A DNA stretch of 64,000 nt from Schizosaccharomyces osmophilus (lineage: Eukaryota), in NCBI RefSeq assembly GCF_027921745.1, contig NC_079239.1, positions 558,001 through 622,000 of the forward strand, given 5' to 3'. Positions within the stretch are counted from its first letter, which is position 1. The number at the start of each line of letters is the position of its first letter. Shown here piece after piece: positions 1 to 14,964 of the stretch. The notes beneath the pieces were generated by a model that saw nothing but the letters and a program-made list of their open reading frames with translations, had not been told where the DNA came from and did not search any database. The position numbers and the translations under genes are program-made.

Positions 1-442
1 AATCACAAGGGTTTACAAAGTCAACATTTAGAGGAAACAAGACTTACAGAATTAATATTATTGTGTTTTATCTTTCCTAAAAAATGGTGTGAATTTTGTT
101 TATACTTTATAAATGTAGTGATATATTCTTTATACCACAGTGATTAAAACTCAATAAAACATAGTACATATAGCTCAGTTGCATAAAAAGGGGCAGTATT
201 GAGTCATTTTATTTATATATTCTTTTATAAAAGAACAATAACACTCAAATATCAAAAAACAAAGGTCTAAAATAGTTGAAATCAAAACAAAGGAAATAAA
301 TTGTAAACTGACAAGAGTTTCTTGAAAGCGGATTATTAGATTTCAGCATTAATGGGGTTGCTAATCAAAATCCTAATTTACAAACCAATTCTGAATCTAA
401 TAAGGGAGGGGAATCAAATGTGATCGTTTATAGCTAGGCTAT

Positions 443-3145
<2,703 letters not shown>

Positions 3146-4070
3146 TTAGATGCTTTTTATTTTGTAACAATATGGCAGAGATGAAATGACGGTGATCATA
3201 TTATAAGATTTCTATGATGATAAACAGAGGTGGCACTTTGCAAGAGGAAAAGAAAAAGAGAAAAGGAATTTCGAAACTGTTCTATACACAAAAAAAAGAA
3301 GTAATTTTGTTTTGTCAAATTTCCTGCTGTGTTGTAGGTAATTATCATTGATCAACAAGGGCTAGCAAGAGCAGAGCAAGGATACAACGTTGAAAGAGTA
3401 AAAAAAAAATAAAAAAAATAAAAAAAATAAAAAAGGAGAACAAATAAATAGACAAAAACAGAAGCAATTATATTCTACAATAGGTTCTGTTCCATTTTCT
3501 ACGAATTCACGTATCTACGAAAAAAAAATCTCAATGTTTGTAAACAAAACCTGAAATTATCAAATCTCGCATCTTATCTCCAAGACAAGAACCTGATCGT
3601 TTGTCGTTACAAGAAAGCAAATGAGAAAGGAAGCTGAAAAAATTTCCCGAATCCTCTAATCACTGATGCTATATTGATTACTTGGACGGACTTGATCCGG
3701 GAAATTATTTATTTTTACTTCTATATATACAGAATTCATTATATCTCTTCTTTTTCTACTTGTTTTTTTAGCAAATTCAATCAAAACGAAAAATCAAGGT
3801 ATGCTATAAGCGAAGACGAAAAGTGTTGCAGTAGTGACTTGCTGGATTCATTTCACCTATCACATTCAGTGGAACTCACATCTCGTTGACGTTGCTTTCG
3901 CATTTTGGATTTTCTTGTTTTTAACATTTGAAATCAATAGCTCTGCTTTATTTATATTTATATTTATATTTATATTTTTTTGGCTTTTTCATCTCTTAAG
4001 CGTTTCTATTTTTGATCTATTCTGGTTGACTATCGTTTAGCAAAAGACAAAAGACAAATCAGTTCCTGTC

Positions 4071-5036
4071 ATGTCGTTTCAAAAGTTTCCCCGTCATTTA
4101 TTATCCATTCGCGATTTGAGTCGTCAAGAGCTCTTGAAGCTTATTACTCGTTCAGCTGAAATCAAGCATGAATCCAAAAGAAAATTTGCCAATCGGGAAA
4201 ACTGCCAGCTGAGTGGACTCGAGGGTCAAAATATCGCCATGATATTCAACAAACGCAGTACACGCACTCGTGTCTCTGTCGAAACCGCTGTCGGTACTCT
4301 GAGCGGAAACCCCATGTTTTTGGGAAAAGACGACATCCAGCTGGGTGTCAATGAGTCCTTTTATGATACATCCAAGGTGATTTCCAGTATGGTTGCAGGC
4401 ATCGTTGCCCGTGTCAGTAAGTATTCCGATGTAGCCAACTTGGCCCAACATGCCTCTTGTCCCGTCATCAATGGTCTCTGCGACACCTTCCATCCTTTAC
4501 AAGCATTGGCCGACCTGCTCACCATTCAAGAGGCCTTTGGCAGTTTTAAAAACTTGAAGCTCGCCTGGATTGGTGACGCTAACAACGTCTTACATGACTT
4601 GATGATTGCTTGTGCCAAGGTTGGTATCGACACAAGCATTGCCAATCCAAAGAACGTCGAGATCCGTAGCGACATTCTTGATATGGTCCGTGAAAGCTCC
4701 AAAGAATCAAATGCAACGTACGCTATCGGTAGTGACCCTGCAGCAGCAGCTCACAATGCAGACATTGTGGTTACAGACACTTGGATTTCCATGGGTCAAG
4801 AGGCTGAACGCCAAGCTCGTCTCAAACAGTTTGCTGGTTTCCAGGTTACGGAGAAGATTATGCAGCTAGCAAAACCTCACTGTAAGTTTATGCATTGCTT
4901 GCCCCGTCACCCCGAGGAAGTCTCGGATGGTGTGTTTTACGGACCAAATAGCTTGGTGTTTCAAGAAGCTGAAAACCGAAAATGGACAACCATCGCTGCC
5001 TTAGAAGCTTTGATCGTCAATCGTGGTAAAATTTAA
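4071..5036 (+). CDS. arg3: Ornithine carbamoyltransferase
   Basis: KRSTRTR carbamoyl-phosphate motif, HPLQALAD, WISMG and FMHCLP motifs; 321 aa. Confidence 0.97.
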   Translation: MSFQKFPRHLLSIRDLSRQELLKLITRSAEIKHESKRKFANRENCQLSGLEGQNIAMIFNKRSTRTRVSVETAVGTLSGNPMFLGKDDIQLGVNESFYDTSKVISSMVAGIVARVSKYSDVANLAQHASCPVINGLCDTFHPLQALADLLTIQEAFGSFKNLKLAWIGDANNVLHDLMIACAKVGIDTSIANPKNVEIRSDILDMVRESSKESNATYAIGSDPAAAAHNADIVVTDTWISMGQEAERQARLKQFAGFQVTEKIMQLAKPHCKFMHCLPRHPEEVSDGVFYGPNSLVFQEAENRKWTTIAALEALIVNRGKI

Positions 5037-5463
5037 ACGTTGTCTACTTTTCAATTTGGATCCAACTTTTTTCTCGTTTCGTCATAAGAACTGCTTATAT
5101 TACCCTTAATTTTTCATGGATGGATGTGTGGAACAACGGGAAGAAAATGTACAATTTATAAATATCATCGTCACGATTTTAGTTTCTACATTTATATGGA
5201 AATAAAGAGACACAGTTTTCTAGAGAAAAGAAAGTACACAAAGTAACTACAGAACCAGGAGCTGTTCACCATTACACTTCGTCGAAAAACAAGCTCATAC
5301 AATAGCAAAGCAATTATCGTAATCAATTCGTAAATATAATACTTGTAATTATTGGGGTGGGGAAAGTAGATTGAAGAAGTAAGTTAAGTCAAGTCCACTG
5401 TGAAACAGAAGAAAAAAAACAGGATACCAACGGTTGCCTAGATGTCATGTGTTCTAAGAAGCT

Positions 5464-6072
5464 TTACTTGACACGAATGCCACTAGCCTTTATAGCTTCG
5501 TGGTATTCGTTGAGGGCATCCTTGGCCTTTGCGACGTATTGTTGTTTTTTCTGTTCAGTAAGCTTTTTCCAAGCTTCACTAACCATACGGCTGTTTTCGG
5601 TCAAGTAAGGACTGAGGGCAGGGACACCCATCTCTTTACGGAGAGATTCGTTGTTCATAATTTCCAACAAAAAGAGGTTGAAGGCACCGGCAGGACGCTT
5701 GGGAAGGTCGGGATGACGAAGCTTTTGCAAGTTGACACCCAAGGGCTTCAACTCTTTCATACGACGACGGTTTTCCTCTCGAATTTGAGCAAGAGAGAAC
5801 TGACGAAGGTGATCGTTATACTCTTTCTTTTTCGCAGCGTACTCGCTTTCGAACTCTTGCTTGAATTTATTCACCTCTTCAGGGGCCAGCTTGGAGTACA
5901 CGTCGCGAATTTGATCCCAGCGATCGGTGACACCGCGTTGACCTTTGGTCCTATGCATCAACAAGTTCCATATAGTCTTTACGCGAGGAGGTTGCAGAGT
6001 GCGCAGAATTTCTGAATCGGAAAAAGAAACAGTGCTTGTTGAAAACAAACGAAAAGCAGGTTTGATAAACAT
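5464..6072 (-). CDS. cmb1: HMG-box DNA-binding protein with mitochondrial presequence-like N-terminus
   Basis: PKRPAGAFNLF...VSEAWKKLTEQKKQQY HMG box; N-terminus MFIKPAFRLFST; recalled synteny with S. pombe cmb1. Confidence 0.85.
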   Translation of the reverse strand: MFIKPAFRLFSTSTVSFSDSEILRTLQPPRVKTIWNLLMHRTKGQRGVTDRWDQIRDVYSKLAPEEVNKFKQEFESEYAAKKKEYNDHLRQFSLAQIREENRRRMKELKPLGVNLQKLRHPDLPKRPAGAFNLFLLEIMNNESLRKEMGVPALSPYLTENSRMVSEAWKKLTEQKKQQYVAKAKDALNEYHEAIKASGIRVK

Positions 6073-6446
6073 GGTTTGTTGAGTGTTTTCCTTGAATGGG
6101 AAATGTCAAGAAACATTGCAACAAGGTTGCGTAAATAAATCCCAAATTGAGAGAAGCATACAAGAAGGAAACAAGTATAAAATTTTATTAAAAAAAATTA
6201 TAAAATTCAATGAATTATTTTCTTTTGAGGTTTTATGTATCTTTTGAATAGTTTCATTATTTTCGATCCTTTCCTACTTGTGTTGGGATGGCTTAGAACG
6301 TCGTATATAGGGTTTGCAGACTGGAGTGAAGAAGAAAGAGAGAAAGAGAGAGAGAGAAAAATTAAAAGAGGGCAGTAAAACTGCAGAGAAAAATACAAAA
6401 CCTCACTTCCTTTCTATTTTCTCTTTCCAACTTGATAGAAAAGTTG

Positions 6447-6461
6447 AAAAAAAATTAAAAA
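6447..6461 (-). terminator. RNA polymerase III oligo-T terminator of tRNA-Ser
   Basis: T5 and T8 runs on the minus strand 8-22 nt downstream of the tRNA 3' end. Confidence 0.75.
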
Positions 6462-6468
6462 TTATTGA

Positions 6469-6563
6469 CGACAACGGCAGGATTCGAACCTGCGCTCCCA
6501 GAGGGAATCCGCTGGGCTACTTGATAGCAGGCGAACGCCTTAAAACCACTCGGCCACGTTGTC
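6469..6563 (-). tRNA. tRNA-Ser(GCT) with 11-nt intron (6514-6524)
   Basis: Minus strand reads GACAACG TGGCCGAGTGG (A box)...TTCGC CT GCT A [TCAAGTAGCCC] A GCGGA, then a long variable arm, GGTTCGAATCC (B box) and CGTTGTC G. The acceptor and anticodon stems pair; the intron TAGC is complementary to the anticodon region. Confidence 0.95.
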
Positions 6564-6763
6564 TTTCTTGGACTGTTGAATCAAAGAGTATTTATATATG
6601 AAATTTTTTAGCAACCGCTGTAGGCGATAGATGGTAACGGTAGGTGTAAGGATTCCATTTCAACTTCAATTTCATCATTGTACATTCTTTCCACATCTAT
6701 TTCACAAGAAATACAATCGACTCCTCCATGATCTATTCACACGCTCTCTTTCTTTCTCTTTGT

Positions 6764-6780
6764 CACACACACACACACAC
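6764..6780. repeat. (CA)n microsatellite
   Basis: About 8 CA units seen directly. Confidence 0.9.
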
Positions 6781-7217
6781 CTATACAGTCCCTTTGCCTA
6801 TTTCTCACCCACTCTCACTATCTTATCAAGATCAGATCCCAATGACAGCCGAAGCGGGATCCCAACCTTATTCTCCATAGGCTTTGTTTACATTGCATGC
6901 TTCTCCGCAAAAACGACGTAGTCTTACCTATGACATTGTCGCAGGGTTGCTCAGACGTCAAGCGGTTGGTTCCGTTTTCCATTGCTATTCCTTTAAGTTT
7001 CCCTTTTACAAGTCAAATACGCAGCTGTTGCTTTTTGTCGACGCAATAGAACAGCAATTTTTCTCCTTTCCAAACACCTCTTGGGATCCTTTATAAACGT
7101 TGGTTTTTCTTGATTTCGTTTTCTTCTACTCTCAACTCTTCAACTTGTAAGCAAGTGCCTTTTTATTGAAATATTTATATTGTACTCTTCTTGGAAACCT
7201 AGATTTCTTCTAATAGA

Positions 7218-7805
7218 ATGTCGCTGAATCCTCAACATTTAGACAAGAAAGCCGTTTTCTTCATCATCGGTCCTTCTGGTTCAGGGAAAACTACAATGGC
7301 CAAGTTTTTGGCGGAAAAGCTTGACTACGATTACATCGAGGGCGATGATTTGCATCCCAAGGCAAACGTCGAGAAAATGGGTGCAGGCCACCCGTTAAAC
7401 GATGAAGACCGTTGGGGTTGGCTTTATAACTGTGGAGGCGCGTGCGCTTTGCAGTTGGATAGCCCAAACGTGAAAGGAATCGTTATGACTTGCTCGGCTT
7501 TGAAGAAGGCCTACAGAGATGTCCTCCGTGAATCTTTAAAGCACCGTCCCGGAAGTGTCCATTTCTTCTACTTGATGGCCTCTAAAGAGGTGTTGGTTGA
7601 GAGAACCAAGGCCAGAAAGAATCACTACATGAAATCCGATATGGTAGATAGCCAATTACGCGATATGCAAACTCCCAAGGACGATGAAAAGGACGCCTAT
7701 ACCCTAAACATAGAAAATTCTCCTGAAGTTTCTCAAAAGTGTGCATATGATTTGGTTGAGAAAATCATGAAGGATAAAGACGAGGACATCAAGCACAAAA
7801 ACTAA
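7218..7805 (+). CDS. idn1: Gluconokinase
   Basis: GPSGSGKTT P-loop, IEGDDLHP, PLNDEDRWGWL, CSALKK and HYMKSDMVDSQ (GntK family). Confidence 0.95.
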   Translation: MSLNPQHLDKKAVFFIIGPSGSGKTTMAKFLAEKLDYDYIEGDDLHPKANVEKMGAGHPLNDEDRWGWLYNCGGACALQLDSPNVKGIVMTCSALKKAYRDVLRESLKHRPGSVHFFYLMASKEVLVERTKARKNHYMKSDMVDSQLRDMQTPKDDEKDAYTLNIENSPEVSQKCAYDLVEKIMKDKDEDIKHKN

Positions 7806-8184
7806 AGATCATTCCATAGCTTCACGTTTTATATTTCCATTCTCTATGGCTATTTACTTATTTTTAACTTATTACTTGCTTACTTGTTAGCTTTTTTCTG
7901 TACGTAGTTTTTACTACTGAACATGTTGGCTAATTTTTTTTTCCAATTTTTCTCATTTCGTAAAATATGAAACAACATATTCATTAGTATTATCAGGAAT
8001 CATGATCGTAAAAAAGATTGTAGTCGTGCTTTCATAGATGGTATGGTTTCAAGAGAAAAAGAAAAAAAGAAGAAGGACATCTAATTATTGCTTTCGTCGT
8101 CGTCGCTTTTCCTATATATTCTTTTTTTTTTTTTTTTTTTCGTCTTGTCATCGTGCAGTGCTTCGATTGCTCAAGATACAAATT

Positions 8185-9177
8185 TTATGCAACGATTCCT
8201 TGTTCATCTTTCCGCCTCCACAATGTGATTTCCGATTGTTTAAAGTAGCGTCGTTGGTCTTCATCAATGAGAATTAAACTCAAATAGTAGCGCACGTTGA
8301 ACTTTTTGTTGACATCGCGAAAAGTGGGCGTTAACGAGTACCCATTCAAAAACATGCGCAAAGGAATCGTCTCTCCACGATTTGGATTGCCATCCATCAC
8401 TTGGAATCGTGTTACCGTTTCACTATTGCTGTACTGATTCGGTGGAGTTCCAATCGTCTCTCGTCGTATTATATTCACTTCCATGCGCTGAACTTTGATT
8501 CGAACAAGTATGAAATAAATCTTTCCTATAATCACATCGCGTAAATGATACTTGTTTTTCGTATATTCAAACTCAATGTGCAGACAATCATCAATACCAA
8601 CGTCCATCTTGATGAGATTACTCGTCTCGGGCTCATTCTCATACCGGTACACCCATAAATCTTTTTCCCGTATTACATCGGCCATTTTTCGTGTCACAGT
8701 AACTCTGCAAAAGTAACGCAATTTGACATTTTTTCCAAAGTACGATTCGTATGGCTTTTCCACGTGTTTGAATTCAAACTCGTACATTTGAGCCTGTCGC
8801 ATTTCTCCAGGAGAAGCAAGCTCTTGCACACTTCTGGTAAACTCGTGGATGTTTCCTTTGTCATACATGTTTTCTATACATCCTACAAACTCAATCTTGA
8901 TTCCATTGTGATCTAACTTTCTTCCATCCTTCAACCGAATCATAACCTATTCAATAAGCATTCATTAGCAATCGACCAAAACAAATGCAAAAAGCCCTTC
9001 AAGTTCACAAAGCCCTCTGCTTATGATACGTACCGCGCCTTTTACAGATTCATCGCTGCCATAGACCGGAGCCTTGTCCTTTCGTCCTTGCTCGAATTCA
9101 ATATCTACAAAAGAGCGTTCTTCTTCATTATCCAAATGAATATCAACATCAACCGGGCTTTTAAAAAGGTAATCCAT
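8185..9177 (-). CDS. vps26: Retromer subunit Vps26; exons 9177-9034, 8946-8185
   Basis: MDVGIDDCLHIEFEY and RRYFKQSEITLWR motifs. Intron 8947-9033 (GTACGT...GCTAAT...TAG) joins the two ORF fragments in frame. Confidence 0.95.
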
Positions 9178-9821
9178 CGAGGCAAAGTGCGTTAATGTAC
9201 GATTTTTCACGTCGTCACAGAAGCTGCAGCAAGAACAGCTAATAGTTTTCTATTCAAAATAAGTAATAAGATTTCTAAAAGAAGAACTTTAAGCAGAAAT
9301 ACCAGCGGAATAAAAGACACAATTTGGCTGCTCGTTTCGTAGGGTTTGTACTTACGTTCAGATTTGCGTGTGGCGTCGAGCTTCACAAAAGACGACACAA
9401 TACTATAGTGAATTACCGTAAACCGTAAACAAATCCCTGCAATTAGACATAGAATGAAATGCAGAAAAACAAGATGAAAACGAAATAAAATGGAATGTAT
9501 AAAATTCCAAAAACTTTTAATTGTAATTTTCAAAAGAAATTCTTTTATTTGGAAACTACCACTTCTAAAAAGCTGCTGTAGATTGCTCCAAGCTTCTATT
9601 ATAACTGACAACGGGTACAAAAAAAAATATAAAAAAAAAAGGAAAAAAGAAAACAGAAAAGCACTGTTTATCAGTTGAGATATAGAAGTAAACGTCTTTG
9701 CGTCTTTTGTTTCACGAAAATCAACATTTCGTGTTTACTAGCGCTACGTAATGAACCTTCCATCAAATTACTTACAAAGTACCACTATTCTTGTTCATCA
9801 ATTGCTGTAGGAATATTGAAA

Positions 9822-10799
9822 ATGTTGATGGAAAAGTCTATGTAAGCATTTCTTTTATTGTTTTGTTGAATTCCAATATACTAATGGGTATAGTTTCTAT
9901 GGGTTAGCTGCGTGTACATGTTTGCTGTTATTCTTTGTGTACCATTTCAACGCTAAATATGTACTTCATCCCGTCCTTACTTTGGGATTGTTGAATGCGA
10001 CTTTGGGATCTATATCGGATTTGGTAGCGCAGGCCGTAGACTCTTACAAGTCAATAGAGTTCCAAAAGAAACGTGACATAACGTTGGAAAAATACGGAAA
10101 CTCAATCCTTTTACCTGCGAAAACGGCTAAACTAGACGCCTACCGGACAGTCCGTTATGCTTTCTATGGTAAGTGCTAATATAAAGCTAAGAGCTTTGGT
10201 TGTATGGGAGTCGAGTCAAGCTAATATTTCTGTAGGTTTGTGTCTTACACCAGTCCAGGTAGGTTAAGAAAAATACTTTGGTTACTTCTCTTTGCTGACA
10301 GTACTGGAACGTTAGTATTATTGGTTTGCAAGTTTGAAGAACGTGGTACGAGGAGAAAATGAATTTTTCTGCAATCTGTTCCGAGTAGCTATTGATCAGC
10401 TGGTATTTGCCCCGATTGGTCTTGGGTCTTTCTTTCTATTTATGGTATGCTTTTCTTCTTTTTTCTATCCTATTCCACTCTGGAAAGCCATCAAATGAAT
10501 AGGTTTCTAATCATTTGCCATAGGGCATTACCGAATGCAAGTCGACAGAGAAAATTAAGACATTTTTTAAAAGAAACTATTATCCCACTTTAAAGGTAAG
10601 GTGTTGTTGAAAACAGCTTTTAGAAGAATTTTTATGAAAATACTAACTACCCTAGGCAAACTACATTTTATGGCCAGCCGCACAGTTTATTAACTTTAAC
10701 TTTATCCCTTTTGTTTTTCAAGTTATATTTGTGAATGCAATGGCTATGGTCTGGATGACATATCTGAGTTTGAAAAACAGTTCTTCTAGTCTAAGTTAA
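9822..10799 (+). CDS. sym1: Mpv17/PMP22 family mitochondrial membrane protein; 6 exons (9822-9841, 9894-10168, 10236-10258, 10316-10444, 10524-10595, 10656-10799)
   Basis: Hand-spliced product contains the Mpv17 motifs RVAIDQLVFAP and NYILWPAAQFINF. All five introns have GT donors, branch sites and TAG acceptors and keep frame. Confidence 0.87.
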
Positions 10800-11466
10800 T
10801 GTCTCAAAAATTTCTACGAAGTTATGAGGCGAAGCTTATGATAATCATTTACCATACTTAATGCTGAGATATCTTTACATTCTTCGTTCATGTTTTCAAA
10901 ACGGGATCATACAATCAATGGAGACTCCCTAATACCAACAAAAACGTCGTACCCGTATTTTCTTTCCTGTTCCGGACCTGAGCTTATATTCCTTTAAGGA
11001 TAAAGATGCACCCCTTAATCTTCTTCGTTCTTTCAATGTTTCTGTCTATGGCTTCACAGTCGACGCTACCTTCATAAAAGAATCATCATTTCGCGAACCT
11101 TTACATTCAAGCGTAAGACTTTCGTTGACTGTTGAAGCTTCCTTCTTTCTTTTCTACATCCTTATTTCAAATGCTTTTCTACATTAATATGCAAAATTGC
11201 TTTTCACAGTCTTCCCATGTTATGTCAGTTTATGGTTACCCGAGTGAACATCATACTCTACTGTTTATTACCTTTGGAAAATGAAATATTTTCACCCTTG
11301 CATATTTACCTTCATCTGTCTTTACTATTCATTTAAAACTGTTGTTTTGTACCAAACTACTTCTTAACTTACCCAAAACGAATTTAGCGATCACGCTATA
11401 GATCTGTATACAGACTAGCTAAACTAAACGAGTGAACTCTGAGAATGCCAATAACAAAACTGCAAT

Positions 11467-12614
11467 ATGAATGTTGAAAGTAGGTCTTTTGAAAGCCTAA
11501 ATATAGCAAAGCAAATACTAATCCGCTTTTAGACGTTGCTTCATCTTCCGGTTGCTCTACGGCAGTAACCGTTTTCTCCATTTTCGGAATTGTATATACC
11601 TTATTGAAAGCAAAATCAGTTGCTCAATTCCTCTACAACAATTATCTTGCTAAAGGAACAAAGGTAATTCATTGAACAAATCTATCAGCTATTGTTCGTA
11701 TCACTAACTGATCTCATTAGCTTACTGTTTATGGTGCCAAGCATGGTTCTTGGGCAGTCGTTACTGGCGCTACCGATGGCATTGGAAAGGAATATGCTAC
11801 TCAGCTGGCCACTTCGGGATTCAATATTGTTTTGATTAGCCGTACTCAAGAGAAGTTAAGTGCCTTGGCTCAGGAACTCGAAACAGTTGCTAAAATCCAA
11901 ACCCGTACCATTGCTTTAGATTATACCAAAGCAAACAAGGATTCTTTTGAAAAAATAGCTGAACAATTAAAGGATTTGCCTATCACGATATTAATTAATA
12001 ATGTCGGCCAATCCCACGTTATGCCAACCAGCTTTGAAGAAACAACTGAGATGGAGATGGACAATATCATGCATATCAATTGCTTCGGAACTCTTCATAC
12101 TACAAAAGCCGTCCTTCCTATCATGATGGAACAACGTCGCAAAGACAAGAAGGGCCCTCGTTGTTTGATCTTAACCATGGGCTCATTCGCTGGTCTTATT
12201 CCTTCCCCTTACTTAAGTACATATGCCGGTTCCAAGGCTTTCTTATCCAATTGGTCTGCATCCATGGCTGAAGAAGTGAAATCCGAAGGTATTGACGTCT
12301 GGTGTTATAACTCTTATCTTGTTGTTTCATCCATGTCAAAAATCCGCCGCCCCAACATGACTACTCCTACTCCCAAAGCATTTGTACGTGAAGCTTTGGG
12401 CAGCATCAATGTCCAACGCGGTGGAAGCACTCCCTACATCAGCCAACCTTATCCTACTCATGCTATAATGAGCTGGTCTTTGGAGGAACTACTTGGGAAT
12501 GTTAAATACTTTGTAGTAAACCAAGTTGCTGCAATGCATCTTGACATTCGCAAGCGTGCCCTAAAAAAGCAAGCTCGAATCCAACAATCGGTCTCTGCTC
12601 AGACTAGTACTTAA
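11467..12614 (+). CDS. ifa38: Very-long-chain 3-ketoacyl-CoA reductase (SDR); exons 11467-11479, 11533-11663, 11721-12614
   Basis: WAVVTGATDGIGKEYA, LINNVG and YAGSK SDR motifs; two canonical introns restore the N-terminal membrane anchor. Confidence 0.92.
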
Positions 12615-12829
12615 TCATACAATGTTTTACACACATTCTTTCAATTTTACTTGACGTTTCCGATTAGAATATACATGTCGGTATACGCAAATATTAGTGA
12701 CCCAATACTTTACAAACAATAACCTACTAAAAGATTTGTAACTTGATACTACCGTTGAATTTCTATATGCACAAATAATAATATCTTTTTAACAAGACAC
12801 TTTAGCCAAACAAGTCGTATGTATTAAGT

Positions 12830-13399
12830 CTACTCAAGTTCGGAAATGTTACCACGCTCAGAAACGTAGATACCGTCCAAAAACTTACGAATATCCTTGT
12901 TGCGGACATTGCAAGCTTGCTTAATGTTGGCGGCGGATTGAGAGACGTTTTCCAAAGAGTTGCCCTCGATGATCAATTCATCCTTGACGTTAGCGGACAT
13001 GGAAACGGTGACACCGGGCAAGCACTTGATGACACGAGTGATACGCTCACCCAAGAAGTTGCGGATCTCAACAACGGAACCGTTTTCGGACAAGTTGATG
13101 TTGATGGGAAAGTGTGCATAGACAAGACGCATCTTGTAGCGGAAACCTTGAGTAACACCAATCATCATGTTGTTAATGATAGAGTATACGGTACGAAGGC
13201 AAGCGTTGTGCAAACGAGCACCGTGCCAGACAATGAATTTGATAACATTGCCTTGCTTCTTCATTTCCAAGTCAATATGGCGCAAGCTCTTGCTAAGAGA
13301 GCCACGGGGACCGGTAACGGTGACATTACGGGCCTTAATGTCAACGGTAACACCCTTAGGGATTGGTAGAGTCTCGTCCTTGTAAATATCACGTCCCAT
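12830..13399 (-). CDS. rpl9: 60S ribosomal protein L9 (uL6)
   Basis: MGRDIYKDE...YAHFPIN...IRNFLGE...[13 protein letters not shown]; 189 aa from ATG 13399. The ORF-track extension to 13516 runs through the promoter. Confidence 0.97.
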   Translation of the reverse strand: MGRDIYKDETLPIPKGVTVDIKARNVTVTGPRGSLSKSLRHIDLEMKKQGNVIKFIVWHGARLHNACLRTVYSIINNMMIGVTQGFRYKMRLVYAHFPININLSENGSVVEIRNFLGERITRVIKCLPGVTVSMSANVKDELIIEGNSLENVSQSAANIKQACNVRNKDIRKFLDGIYVSERGNISELE

Positions 13400-13464
13400 C
13401 CTGCAAAGTAGTGTTGGTGGTGTCGTTCCCTTTTTCCAGTAGATAATTTCCGTTTCGAGTTTCC

Positions 13465-13472
13465 TGTGACTG
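13465..13472 (-). promoter_or_regulatory. HomolD box (CAGTCACA)
   Basis: Exact TGTGACTG on the plus strand, 66-73 nt upstream of the rpl9 ATG; this is the core promoter element of fission-yeast ribosomal protein genes. Confidence 0.92.
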
Positions 13473-13484
13473 TACTTCATATGT

Positions 13485-13494
13485 AGGGTAGGGT
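13485..13494. promoter_or_regulatory. HomolE box (AGGGTAGGGT / ACCCTACCCT)
   Basis: Exact match 12 nt upstream of HomolD, the standard ribosomal-protein gene arrangement. Confidence 0.9.
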
Positions 13495-13725
13495 ATACAT
13501 TTTTTGGGCAACTCAATGCATTGTGTAAAAAAATCCTATTAGTATTATGGAATCAAATAATAAAGCGATCGTAAATTAATTATAACGAGTATTTTTTTAA
13601 GAATTGCAAAACATGTAAGCAACAAAATATATGAAAGGAAAGGGGAAGATGAGAAGATAAAATTAGAATAACAGAGACTCAAATATGACACATGGTAAAA
13701 AAGGATTTGGTCATACTTATAGAAC

Positions 13726-14964
13726 TTAGCGGGAACCCTTATAATACTCACGTTGAACATCAACAATCTTATGACCGCGTTGTAAAGCAATATCTTCTGG
13801 AAGAGCTTGCTCATGTAAGGTTTCAAAGACTGCTTTAACAACATTCATACCATTTTTTGAGCCCATAATCTCACCGCTTAAGTCCTTAATACCTGCACAC
13901 CGGCAAATTTCAAACAAAATAGCATTGCAACGCAAGCCGAAACCTAAAGAAGGGTTAGTGATTGCTCCTGTTGTAAAATGAAATTAAATTGACACTCAAT
14001 GATGTTAATACTTACCGGCAGGACGTGATCGTAAAGTAAGGCGGACAGCGTGGAACTTTTTATGCAAGTTGCCATACACAGTGCGGTCTTCGTATCGTGG
14101 AATACATTTCATGCTCTTGACTGCACGAGCACAAGATTGTTTATAAGATAATGAATAGTTGGCAGCCTTTCCTTCACCATAACCTATGACTCCATTACGA
14201 TTACCAACGACAGTCAAAACATAGATACTAGGAATTTTACCCTTGCGGGTTTGATTAACGACACGGCGAATAACCAAAGGAACAAAAACAAATGATTGTA
14301 GATAACTTTTTGGGACACCAGTAGTTTCCACCAAAAAATCAGTCATGGTAGCGCCCTGATTTGTTCCTCCATAACTGAAAGGAACGTGACTAAAGGGAGG
14401 TTCGGCGCGTAAAGCATCCACCGGAGGAGTATAATTTTTGAATTTTTCTTCATTAAACGCGTTATATTCGTCAAAATTTTGAAGACTGGAGATTTCATCC
14501 AAGGGACGAACATACTTGTCAAATGGAGAAAAATATTGCAAATGTAAGTTGGTTTGGCGTAAACCCTTGGCATTTTCTAATGCCTGCTTAGAAAGGGGGT
14601 GGTTTTTAATGTAATCTTCTTGTAAAGAAGCATCTTGCTGAAATTTTTTGACCATCTCTTCCCAAGGACTCTTCGTATCCCAAATTTCTTTGGAAACAAT
14701 TTCAGGAGCTACTGGAGAGGATGCACGGTCAGCAGATTTAAAATCAGATGCACCTGACGGTTGCGAAGCGGCATTTGAATCGTCAGGTCCAGCAGAAGTG
14801 TCAGTATTCGACGATTCTTTGGCAGCAGCTTCCGAATTTTCTGAAGGAGATGCGTCTTTTGAAGAAATGTTTCTAAGCAATCCACTCGTATGGAAGGAAG
14901 AGCGTCCGAAACGATAGTTCAATCGCACGTTTGCCCGAAAAAAATGTAATATATGATTCGTCAT
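13726..14964 (-). CDS. mrps5: Mitochondrial ribosomal protein uS5m; exons 14964-14016, 13943-13726
   Basis: RRVVNQTRKGK, VVGNRNGVIGYGEGK and RPAGFGLRC across intron 13944-14015 (GTAAGT...CTAAC...TAG). Confidence 0.93.

Noticed and set aside
9207..9678. 137-aa and 62-aa ORFs in the vps26/sym1 promoter
   Set aside because: AT-rich F/I/L/K-biased translations typical of intergenic noise.
13400..13516. N-terminal extension of Rpl9 in the ORF track
   Set aside because: Starts at TTG and runs through the HomolD/HomolE promoter; the true start is ATG 13399.
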